The notes beneath the pieces were generated by a model. The model was given only the letters and a program-made list of their open reading frames with translations. It searched no databases and was not told the origin of the DNA. This document shows positions 55,516 through 64,000 of a stretch of DNA of 64,000 bases, one piece after another. Numbering within the stretch: the stretch's first letter is position 1; each line of letters begins with the position of its first letter. The DNA lies in the sequence record NC_061442.1; one strand, written 5' to 3'. A program made the position numbers and the translations under genes.

Positions 55516-57543
55516 ATGGCCAAAGCGCCGAAAGCTGCCAAAGTAAAAAAGAAAACGGGTGATGGTTCCCAAGAAGGTTTCGTAATTCACGAAGGCTTAT
55601 CGGGTATCAGAGAAAACCCCGGCATGTACATGGGTCAACGTGGCGAAGACATGGCGTATCGCGCGGTCAAAGAACCTGTGGACAATGACTACGATGAATA
55701 CATCGCTGGACGTAACAAGTTGATCGAAGTGGTCATTGATTACGACAACGACCTGAACATCGTAGCTGACCAAGCTGGCGGCATCCCTACCGACTTCAAG
55801 AAGTTGAAAGACGGTACGAAAGAAACGATCATGACCGCAGCATTTAGCCGCGTTCATGCGGGTGGTAAATTTAACGATCAGGCGTATAAGACTTCTGCTG
55901 GTACGCACGGTGTTGGCGTCGCGGCACTGAACGCCATATCCAGTCAGTTGCGCGTGTGGTCAATGTACAAAGGCGGCTGCGTCTATCAGATGTGGCAGTG
56001 TGGTGAAGTCAAGTCAGGCAAAGACCCTAAGAAAGTCAAGACCATCGACAAAGACGTTATGAGCCTGCTGCGTGATAAGAAACACAGCAAGTACGGTACA
56101 GTGGTTGCGTGGACGCTCGACCAGACAGTTGTGTCTGCTGACGTTATGCGCGGTAAGAAGCTGCCGAAGAACTATCGACACGCAGCGCCGAACCCTGCTC
56201 AACTGGGCGAGTGGTTGCGTAACATGTCGATGCTCAACCCAGGCCTTGAGATTCGTTTGACGTTGATCAAGAAGGGCAAGCGCAAAGAGTTCACGTTCCA
56301 CAACAAGAAAGACCTGAACTTCGTTGTGAAGACGATGTGCGAAGAACGTGAGCTGGGCACTGTCGGTAAGCCGTTCATCTTCAAGTCAGATAATATCACT
56401 GCTGCACTTGTCTGGACCGATCACGCCGACACTGATAACTTCCTGACGTTCGTTAACACAAGCCCGACAGTTGATGGCGGGTGGCACGTTGTTGGTTTCC
56501 GTGACGCGCTGTTTGATGCTATCAAGCCGTTCATGAAAGAATCGAAGGGCAAAGGCAAGAAGAAGCAGAACTTCAAACAGGAAGATTTGCTTATCGGTCT
56601 GACTGGTATGTTCGACTGGCGTATGCACGGTGCGCAGTATACGTCACAGGTAAAAGACAAGCTGGCCAGCCGTGTAGAGAAAGACGTATACGCAGAACTG
56701 AACAAGGCGTTTGTCGAATACTTCAAGACGAACAAGAAAGTTGCTACGACGATCATCAAACGCGCCGAAGCAATGAACAAGGGACGTGAAGAACTCAGCG
56801 CCGTCGTCAAGTCTATGGCTGACACGAAGAAGAAGCTGAAAGGTAACGCACTCCCTGCGGACCTGATCACTGCAAACAAGTGCAAGCCTCATGAGCGTGA
56901 ACTGATTGTTGTGGAAGGGGACTCTGCTGGTGGTACTGCACAGGATGCGCGTAACCCTGACTATCAGGAAGTTATGCTCGCTGGCGGTAAGCCGCTGAAC
57001 GGACTGAAAGCAAGTCTGGCTGATGTGCTCAAGCACAAAGAAGTGCAGGGCCTGTTAGTGAGTATGGGTGCTGACTTGAAATCGCTCGACCCGAAAGCAG
57101 ACGCACCGATTCTCAGTACGAAGAATCTGCGTATCGGTAATTTGCTGCTGCTGATGGATGCTGATGCTGACGGCTTCCACATCGCAACGTTGTTCCTAGG
57201 TGTTATCTATCGCCTGCTGCCTGACATGTTCCGTGAAGGGCGTGTGTGGATCGTCGATGCGCCTCTGTATAACGTCGTACACAAAGGCAAGCACTACGGT
57301 GGCATGACGTTTGAAGAATGCCGATCGCTCGCACCATCGTCTGTGAAAGACAAAGACATTGTACGTGCTAAAGGTTGGGGTGAAGTCGAGCCTGACGTGC
57401 TGGAAGCTATCGCATTCGATCCGAAGACGCGTCGTGTCATTCGCGTGAATCCATTCGAAAGCGTAGAGCAGGAACGTTTCTTCCGTGGTGTTCTCGCAGA
57501 AGATGCCGTGCACCGTCGTCGCTTACTGGGTCTGGAGAGCTAA
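55516..57543 (+). CDS. gyrB: Type IIA DNA topoisomerase, ATPase/TOPRIM subunit (GyrB/ParE family)
   Basis: IRENPGMYMG, KEPVDN, HAGGKF, GTHGVG, VEGDSAGG, MDADADG.HI. Confidence 0.95.
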   Translation: MAKAPKAAKVKKKTGDGSQEGFVIHEGLSGIRENPGMYMGQRGEDMAYRAVKEPVDNDYDEYIAGRNKLIEVVIDYDNDLNIVADQAGGIPTDFKKLKDGTKETIMTAAFSRVHAGGKFNDQAYKTSAGTHGVGVAALNAISSQLRVWSMYKGGCVYQMWQCGEVKSGKDPKKVKTIDKDVMSLLRDKKHSKYGTVVAWTLDQTVVSADVMRGKKLPKNYRHAAPNPAQLGEWLRNMSMLNPGLEIRLTLIKKGKRKEFTFHNKKDLNFVVKTMCEERELGTVGKPFIFKSDNITAALVWTDHADTDNFLTFVNTSPTVDGGWHVVGFRDALFDAIKPFMKESKGKGKKKQNFKQEDLLIGLTGMFDWRMHGAQYTSQVKDKLASRVEKDVYAELNKAFVEYFKTNKKVATTIIKRAEAMNKGREELSAVVKSMADTKKKLKGNALPADLITANKCKPHERELIVVEGDSAGGTAQDARNPDYQEVMLAGGKPLNGLKASLADVLKHKEVQGLLVSMGADLKSLDPKADAPILSTKNLRIGNLLLLMDADADGFHIATLFLGVIYRLLPDMFREGRVWIVDAPLYNVVHKGKHYGGMTFEECRSLAPSSVKDKDIVRAKGWGEVEPDVLEAIAFDPKTRRVIRVNPFESVEQERFFRGVLAEDAVHRRRLLGLES

Positions 57544-57544
57544 C

Positions 57545-57799
57545 ATGTTCAACATTGCAAAGTTGCCTGACGGGACGCAGGTTCGTTTTCTCGATATGCC
57601 TGACGTGCAGTACCCACCAATGACTGACGAGCAACGTAGCCAGTGTGAGGCGCTGTATGGTAAAGCGCGTGAGCTTGCGAAGAACGTTACCGTGTCTGGG
57701 TTCACTGTAGTTGACGGACTACCGAACGAACGTGTGCAGATTCAAATGCGCCGCACAACTCTCGATAAGATTAATGCGATTGCCAAAGGAGAACAGTAA
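57545..57799 (+). CDS. Small hypothetical protein between the topoisomerase genes
   Basis: GGAG RBS before ATG 57545; TAATG overlap with the next gene. Confidence 0.7.
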   Translation: MFNIAKLPDGTQVRFLDMPDVQYPPMTDEQRSQCEALYGKARELAKNVTVSGFTVVDGLPNERVQIQMRRTTLDKINAIAKGEQ

Positions 57800-59457
57800 T
57801 GGCAATTACGCCGAAGAAAGTGAAAGTCAAAAAGGTTAAGCCGACCGCTGTGGCGAAAGCCGCTAAGCCTGCAAAACTCAAAGCGAAAGCCGTGTCAGTC
57901 GATGATATCAAAAAGAAGAAGAAGAAAAGCACCGACGTTGCTGCATCGAACGCTGTTGGTACTTCGCTTTATCCCCTGCTTGGGCAGGACCCAAAGCTGA
58001 TTCACGATGAAGGCCTGTCTGACTATACTCGACGGGCGCTGTCTCACTATGGCGCATACGTTGTTGAAGACCGTGCTATCGCTGACTATCGTGACGGCCT
58101 CAAGCCTGTGCACCGCGCACTGCTGTGGTCGCTGTCTGACTTGGGCTTACGACCAAGCGCGGCGTTCAAGAAGTCGGCTCGTACTGTAGGCGACACAATC
58201 GGTAAGTATCACCCACACGGTGACGCTGCCTGCTACGGTGCGATGGTTACGATTGCGAATACAGTACCTCCTGCTGTAGCGGGTCAAGGTAACTGGGGCA
58301 ACCCTGTGTCTGCTGCTGCTGCGCAACGTTATACCGAAGCGCGTATGTCAAAGTTCACAGGCTCGTTCCTGCTTGACCCTGACTATCTCGAAGTTGTGCC
58401 TCGTGTGCCGAACTTCTCGAATGACCTTGAGATTCCTCTGTACTTGCCAGCGTTGCTTCCGTACATGCTATTCAATAGCTCGGTACCAGCGCCAGCATAT
58501 GGTGTGAAGTGCGGTAACCCACCGTTCAGCTTTAGCTCCGTCAGCAAAGTTGTGTGTGACATGCTCAACGGCGTTCAATACGATGCGAAGAAGCTCGCTA
58601 AGACGCTCAAGATCGTCCACACGTACGGCTGTGAAGACGTGACGACTGACGAGGAGATGCTGCAACTGATCTCTACAGGCAAGGGCAAAGTCACGTACCA
58701 GCCGCTAATGCACGTCGATGAAAAGAACAAGCTGGTCATCATCCAGACCTATGTACCTGCTGGTATGTCGAAGCTCGACGCCATCACGAAGAAGCTGGAG
58801 AAGATTGGCGAGTGGAACGGCGTTGTGTCTGCGCGTAACGCAAGCGGTAAGAAGAACAAGCACTCTGGTCCGTATGGCGCGGCATTCGAAATCAAATGCC
58901 GAGGCAGCGAAGACCTGTTGTATGAGACTGCGAAGAAGGTCATGCGGGAAGTGACTTCGAGCGTCAACTATACGCTGGGTGTAACCGTTCGTCGTGCTGA
59001 TGCTTCAAACAAGTTCATGTACCTCGACTACCTGAAGTATTTCAAAGCGTGGATTGCGTATCGCATTAAGCTCGAAACTGCGATGCTCCAGAACAAGCTG
59101 ACGAAAGCAGAGAAGGCATTGCACTTACAGCAAGTCTACCTATGGGCTGTAGACAACATGGACAAGCTGCTCAAAGTGTTGCCGAAAGTGTTGGTCGCTG
59201 CTGACCCTGACGCGATGCTTGCGAAGCTGTGTAAGATTCCTGTTGAAGATGCGAAGATCATCCTCGACCGTCAGGTACGTAAACTGGCGAAACTGGAACG
59301 CAGTGGTCTGCTCGCTAAGATTAAAGAAATCAAGGCAGAGATTGCTGGATATAAAGCAGGTCTGAAAGAGCCGGGCAAATACGCGGCAGAAGGTACTGCG
59401 GCGAAAGTTAAGGCGTATATGAAATCGCCTGACGACAAGATGCCTGTCAATCTGTAA
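57799..59457 (+). CDS. gyrA: Type IIA DNA topoisomerase, breakage-reunion subunit (GyrA/ParC family, no CTD)
   Basis: [37 protein letters not shown] (catalytic Tyr). Confidence 0.95.
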   Translation: MAITPKKVKVKKVKPTAVAKAAKPAKLKAKAVSVDDIKKKKKKSTDVAASNAVGTSLYPLLGQDPKLIHDEGLSDYTRRALSHYGAYVVEDRAIADYRDGLKPVHRALLWSLSDLGLRPSAAFKKSARTVGDTIGKYHPHGDAACYGAMVTIANTVPPAVAGQGNWGNPVSAAAAQRYTEARMSKFTGSFLLDPDYLEVVPRVPNFSNDLEIPLYLPALLPYMLFNSSVPAPAYGVKCGNPPFSFSSVSKVVCDMLNGVQYDAKKLAKTLKIVHTYGCEDVTTDEEMLQLISTGKGKVTYQPLMHVDEKNKLVIIQTYVPAGMSKLDAITKKLEKIGEWNGVVSARNASGKKNKHSGPYGAAFEIKCRGSEDLLYETAKKVMREVTSSVNYTLGVTVRRADASNKFMYLDYLKYFKAWIAYRIKLETAMLQNKLTKAEKALHLQQVYLWAVDNMDKLLKVLPKVLVAADPDAMLAKLCKIPVEDAKIILDRQVRKLAKLERSGLLAKIKEIKAEIAGYKAGLKEPGKYAAEGTAAKVKAYMKSPDDKMPVNL

Positions 59458-59473
59458 TAGATCTGTAAATACA

Positions 59474-59530
59474 ACTCAGCATATTCTAGGACGAAACGCG
59501 GTTGTGTCTGTATGTCATTTATGTTACAAT
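59474..59530 (+). promoter_or_regulatory. Class-A phage promoter
   Basis: actcagcatattctaGGacgaaac; TGtTACAAT at 59522. Confidence 0.75.
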
Positions 59531-59730
59531 GACGTGTCTGTGGGTAGCTGTCTGTTTGGGAGATAGACAGCTATTCGAACTCATAACAGGAGGGTACGTT
59601 AGCGCAGCAAATATATTCACTCAGGAAAAATAAACGAGCCTAAAAAGGCCAACCAGCCTGACTGTAGACTATAACTACGGCAGAGCAATACTATAATCGA
59701 CCCATGCAATGCTAATATGTTAGAGCAACA

Positions 59731-61071
59731 TTGGCATTCAAAGTGTCGCTAGGGCCGGCAGGATATGGTCCTCAACTCTTAATGAAGTTTGGAAATCCAT
59801 ACATGAAAAATCAGGTAGCCAACCTCAAAGCTGGTTTGGAGAAAGTCAATGCAGTTCTGACCTCTCTGCGTTCAGGAAAGAACTTGAAACGCCAGCATGT
59901 TGTTGATTCATTAGGTCAACCGACCTCTGTTTTAGCTGATCTCACGAAGGCATTAAAGAGTAATACCTACAAGTCATACCCCGATGTAATACAGTTGCGT
60001 GATTCAGTTCGTGCAACCTGTACTTCCTGCCTAAGCCTGTCAGAGCAAGTGGCTGCTCGTCGTATCAAGCCACGTGAACTGATGGAAAAGCTCGGAGAAA
60101 TTGTAAAGTCGTTCGACGCCGACGCCAAGTTGGCTAAGTCGTGCTTGGGCTACCTGCCTGAATCACGCAAAACTCTCAGTCTCGATGATCTCCCAGAAGA
60201 CAGCAAAGAGCGCTTAGAAGCTCTCAAAGCTATCGACAAAGAGGTGTACGAGAACGAAGCGAACGATAAAGCTATACGCCGTGAGCAACGCGAAGACGCA
60301 GCGACTGCCAAAACAAGTCGTGTGTTACAGCGCCTCAAGGACGCTTACTCTCACAAGGTCCCGAGAACGTTCAACAAAGCTATTCAAATAATCCAACTTC
60401 CTGTGATGGCTCGATTCGGTACACTCGCCATGAGTCCTGAATCGCTCTCTCGTATGGGCTTCAAAATCGAAACCGCCGGTCTGCACTCAACCCCTAGTTC
60501 GGACTTAGGTATCGTCTTTGAAAACCAACTTCTACTGTTCTTCCGTATGTCCGACGCGAAAGGCATGGCAGAAGAAGCTGCGAAAGATCACAAGATGCTT
60601 GATGGAACTCTCGTCGAACGCAAACGCCTCCAGAAAGAACGCAACGCAGAACGCCGCGATCTCAAGAAGCTGAACAAGCTCCTCGAAGAATCGAAGTCGC
60701 TCAAAGCTCGTCGTGCTCTCCGTGAACAAATCGCAGAGACTCAGACAGAGATTGACGACATTACGGCGAAGCTCGATGCGATGGAGTACAAAGTGCGTGA
60801 GTCCGGTTCCCGCGAGCGTGTGTATCGTCAGATGAAAACATCTAGCGATCATGCGATGCTGGATTATCTTAACCCCATTGTCGATATGATTAACGAGAAG
60901 GGAAGTTCCACGTTAGGTCTGTTTACTACCATGCCGTTACGCGGTGTGATGAAGGATTCAGACGTGCATTGTGCTTGGCTTATGGAGAAATCAGCGATCA
61001 ACTTGTTGCTGCGCCACACTGGCGGCGATATGAAGTTGCAGAACTGGTTCCTGCCGTGGACTAATGGCTAA
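59731..61071 (+). CDS. Hypothetical protein with internal coiled coil (start uncertain)
   Basis: Long ORF; TTG 59731 or ATG 59782. Confidence 0.8.
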   Translation: MAFKVSLGPAGYGPQLLMKFGNPYMKNQVANLKAGLEKVNAVLTSLRSGKNLKRQHVVDSLGQPTSVLADLTKALKSNTYKSYPDVIQLRDSVRATCTSCLSLSEQVAARRIKPRELMEKLGEIVKSFDADAKLAKSCLGYLPESRKTLSLDDLPEDSKERLEALKAIDKEVYENEANDKAIRREQREDAATAKTSRVLQRLKDAYSHKVPRTFNKAIQIIQLPVMARFGTLAMSPESLSRMGFKIETAGLHSTPSSDLGIVFENQLLLFFRMSDAKGMAEEAAKDHKMLDGTLVERKRLQKERNAERRDLKKLNKLLEESKSLKARRALREQIAETQTEIDDITAKLDAMEYKVRESGSRERVYRQMKTSSDHAMLDYLNPIVDMINEKGSSTLGLFTTMPLRGVMKDSDVHCAWLMEKSAINLLLRHTGGDMKLQNWFLPWTNG

Positions 61072-61603
61072 CGAGAACCGTTTACCGGCGGTGCAGAAGG
61101 GTGATTTGTCACAGTGTATCATCTGCCAGAAGTTCAGTAGATCGATTCACTACCATCACACCATTCCCCGCTCACTGGGTGGCGAAGATAGTCTTCAAAT
61201 CCCTATAGACGGTGACTGCCACACAACGCTTCACGCAAAAGCAGAAGCTGTGGTAGCGAAGTTAGCAGGTAACCGTAAGCAACCAATCGGGACGTTTTGG
61301 GATAACCCTGAGACAGAACGACGAGCACAAACGTGGCTAGACATTCTAGTTGATGCTATGCTTAACCCACCGGTGCAGCCCGGACAGAAAGAAGTGCTGC
61401 TACCGATGATCAAGGTTGACATGGAAACTAGACATGCTCTCGAACTCTTGAAGCGCGACACGCCTGGCATTACTAATATGAGCCAAGTGTTGCGATATTG
61501 TATTGAGACAACATTAAAAGCGAAGGGGTTAAAAAATGGCGAATCAAAAAGTACGCACTCTGGACATCAAAGCACTCGTAAAAAACGAACTGACCTGTGG
61601 TGA
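61064..61603 (+). CDS. HNH endonuclease with C-terminal RHH-like segment
   Basis: CIIC...HHTIPRSLGG...IPIDGDCHTTLH. Confidence 0.8.
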   Translation: MANENRLPAVQKGDLSQCIICQKFSRSIHYHHTIPRSLGGEDSLQIPIDGDCHTTLHAKAEAVVAKLAGNRKQPIGTFWDNPETERRAQTWLDILVDAMLNPPVQPGQKEVLLPMIKVDMETRHALELLKRDTPGITNMSQVLRYCIETTLKAKGLKNGESKSTHSGHQSTRKKRTDLW

Positions 61604-62402
61604 TTGCCGAGGTCTGACTCGTGATGCTCTTTTACCGACTGCGGAGAAACCGTGTGCTACGCAAGGTCAGTTGGCCGATTCTAAGATCTGCAAACACTAT
61701 CGCTCCGACAGCCAATCGCTGACCGAGTTGATGACCGAGCATGGTGATTCACTTGTTGGGCTTTTCAATACGTTCAAAAACTTCACAGACAAAGACCTGC
61801 GCGTTGTCGCTGGTATGTTGTTAGCTGAATCGAAAACTCGCCGCCACGGTGTGCGCATGGGGCAAGCAGTATTCGTGCGCTATCAAGGGCGCGAGACACG
61901 CAACTACCTGAACAACTTCATGGCAGCGCGTGTGTTGGATGTAGACGACGATACGATTCGCCTGATCAGTGAGAAGGGTGACATTGTGTTGACGTATGCA
62001 AACACAGGATTCAATGGTCCGTCCGTATATACTAAGAAGCAATTTGCTAAACTGCGTAAAGAGATGATCAGTGCTGGCAAGCTGATTGACCCTGAACGCG
62101 AGATCAAGACTGCCAAGCGCAATCTCCCGCAAGAAGACAACGTTAACTTCTCCGCACCGAGCGACCTCGATGGGTTCTCTATTCCTCTTATGGAAGACGT
62201 GGCCAAAGGCCGTGGCGGTAAGCGTAAAGGTAAGAAGACCCAGACGTTGGTCGATATTGTGAGCATGATCGAAAGTGGTCATGACATGGGAGCGGAGCAA
62301 GACGAGTCTGGCGTAATGTCACTCGGCGGCAACAGCTATCGCCACAAGAAGAAGAAACTTAACGTCGGTAAGAATGGCGTGGTTGAACTTGGTGATATGT
62401 AA
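61536..62402 (+). CDS. Hypothetical protein with Cys4 metal site and SH3/Tudor-like region
   Basis: CGDC..C..C; MGQAVFVRY...ARVLDVD. Confidence 0.75.
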   Translation: MANQKVRTLDIKALVKNELTCGDCRGLTRDALLPTAEKPCATQGQLADSKICKHYRSDSQSLTELMTEHGDSLVGLFNTFKNFTDKDLRVVAGMLLAESKTRRHGVRMGQAVFVRYQGRETRNYLNNFMAARVLDVDDDTIRLISEKGDIVLTYANTGFNGPSVYTKKQFAKLRKEMISAGKLIDPEREIKTAKRNLPQEDNVNFSAPSDLDGFSIPLMEDVAKGRGGKRKGKKTQTLVDIVSMIESGHDMGAEQDESGVMSLGGNSYRHKKKKLNVGKNGVVELGDM

Positions 62403-62460
62403 GTTAAGGTCTACACAGCAAATATACTTCCAAAAACAATACGAATAGGATCTCGGAAAA

Positions 62461-63603
62461 ATGATCACAACAGAAGAATCAGGCCTTAACGAATATCTTT
62501 CACGCCGTCTGGGTATCGAGGAGAACTCAGAGGAATTCCGTCAAGTATACGCTGCAACGATACGTTACATAGGCAGCGGGTATAAATCTATCGCGGATTA
62601 TCACCGTGATTTGCAAGCAGCAATTGACTTTAAGCAGTTCGAATTTACTGCTCCTGACTTGCGTATTGATATCTCTTCCGTGTGTCGCTTCACGTTGAAG
62701 ATGCGTTACTTTGTGTTGGCTGTTTGTCTGCACAAAGACCCAGTAGCAACAATTAAAAAATATGCGTCGTATGGCCTGTCTCACCGCGAAGCTGTCCTCG
62801 CTTGGAACCTGATTCTCAAGCACGACAATCAACGTAAGCAGATGCGCCGTACGGCTAAAGCGCGAGCGAAGACAAAAGGCGGATTGGATATCACAATGGT
62901 GTCCAGCCGTGAACTACGCTTGCGTCTTGATCAAACGACTAGCCTGTTTGGTGAGTTACATCGTAACGCCAAGCGTCTGGTCAGAAAGAATTTGCAGTGG
63001 GTGTCAGTCAGCCATAACATTCCGATTGCTGATCTGACTTGCGATATCATGTGCAAGGTGTTGTTGTCGTACTATCAATCCTTGCCTAATCGTTTCAGCG
63101 AGGGCCACCAGCTCAACTATCTTCGTGCCTCATTGACGAACCGCATTAACAACATGAACAACTACTACGGCGCAGAGAAGCGCAAGCGTATGAAGAAAGT
63201 TGGCGAAGACAAGTATGAGATTGTGGTTATGTCTGACAATCAGATGTGGCACAATCCAGACGACGACAGCTCCAACTCATACGAAGACATGTTGGGTGAG
63301 GATGCTCGTGTGCATACCGAGCAGATGGAAAACAATCTGACTATCAATCGTCTTCTGGAAGAGGCCGAGGGCACTAAGCGCCACAAACTGTATCAGACTG
63401 TTCTCGGACGGGATTGCGCCGAGTTCACTGAATATCTGCGTGAGAACGGGCTACTCAAACAGACCATGACATGCGCCACTCAGTGGATCATGGCTAAACC
63501 TACGAAGTTCATACGCAAGACCTTAGCCAGTTGGTTGCAGGTCAGCGTTGACGCTATCACAGGCGGTCTGGAAACGTTACGCGGTTCATTACAGGTAGCA
63601 TGA
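62461..63603 (+). CDS. Putative divergent sigma-70-family factor
   Basis: Region-2-like LVRKN...IADLTCDIMCKVL...NYLRASLTNRI; region 3.2/4.1-like DSSNSYEDML...INRLL; HTH-like RKTLASWLQVSVDAITGGLETLR. Confidence 0.6.
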   Translation: MITTEESGLNEYLSRRLGIEENSEEFRQVYAATIRYIGSGYKSIADYHRDLQAAIDFKQFEFTAPDLRIDISSVCRFTLKMRYFVLAVCLHKDPVATIKKYASYGLSHREAVLAWNLILKHDNQRKQMRRTAKARAKTKGGLDITMVSSRELRLRLDQTTSLFGELHRNAKRLVRKNLQWVSVSHNIPIADLTCDIMCKVLLSYYQSLPNRFSEGHQLNYLRASLTNRINNMNNYYGAEKRKRMKKVGEDKYEIVVMSDNQMWHNPDDDSSNSYEDMLGEDARVHTEQMENNLTINRLLEEAEGTKRHKLYQTVLGRDCAEFTEYLRENGLLKQTMTCATQWIMAKPTKFIRKTLASWLQVSVDAITGGLETLRGSLQVA

Positions 63604-63992
63604 GAGGTCACCGTATAGTTATGCAGCAGGCAATCATTAACACTGACGTAGAGCGCTCTGCACTCGCGCTGTTCAGTCGTCCTCAGTTGGATGAGGACTA
63701 TAAGCGTACCGTGTTGTATCTCGTGTATAAGACTGTAAATCGTAATGGCATGATGCAAGTCAATCGTCTGCTGTTCGAATTGAGCCAGAAGTATGAACTC
63801 AACAAAGAAGATGTGAAGTCTGCTATCGGTGCGCTCAAAGCTCCGTACGCATTCAACGCGCTCTCTGTGTTTGTACCTCGCGCAGATACAAAAGCAAATC
63901 GTGTGTGTCGTGTGAACTCCACACTGGCAATCGAAAGTTGGATTGCAGAAGTGGAACAAACCCGTCCACATATCGCACACTTGTTGCAGTAG
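63600..63992 (+). CDS. Hypothetical protein (possible winged helix)
   Basis: ATGA overlap. Confidence 0.7.
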   Translation: MRGHRIVMQQAIINTDVERSALALFSRPQLDEDYKRTVLYLVYKTVNRNGMMQVNRLLFELSQKYELNKEDVKSAIGALKAPYAFNALSVFVPRADTKANRVCRVNSTLAIESWIAEVEQTRPHIAHLLQ

Positions 63993-64000
63993 GGGCATAA

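Overview
A 64-kb segment of a large lytic dsDNA (jumbo-type) phage. Every supportable gene is on the + strand and densely packed. Codon style and a near host-like YbiI homologue point to an enterobacterial host (inference). Recognisable genes: the 3' part of a RecA/UvsX recombinase carrying an intein, a NADAR-like protein, a GNAT, Tpt1/KptA, a radical SAM enzyme, a DksA/TraR (YbiI) protein, UvsE, dUTPase, an SLT transglycosylase, an HD hydrolase, two type II topoisomerase subunits, an HNH protein and a divergent sigma-70-like factor. About 70 other ORFs are hypothetical. Main discoveries: (1) a 12-copy promoter architecture with a conserved upstream box 36-38 nt before an (extended) -10 element, usually followed by a hairpin; (2) a second recurring motif, TCTGTAAA, possibly read by the phage sigma; (3) a cluster of very acidic and very basic low-complexity proteins, several sharing a ~45-aa helical module, plus an acid/base paralog pair and a histone-H1-like protein, suggesting a phage chromatin or condensate system; (4) a radical SAM enzyme fused to a Cys/Ser/Gly RiPP-like tail; (5) several candidate structured RNAs. 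All protein assignments come from motif recognition by eye; no searches were run.
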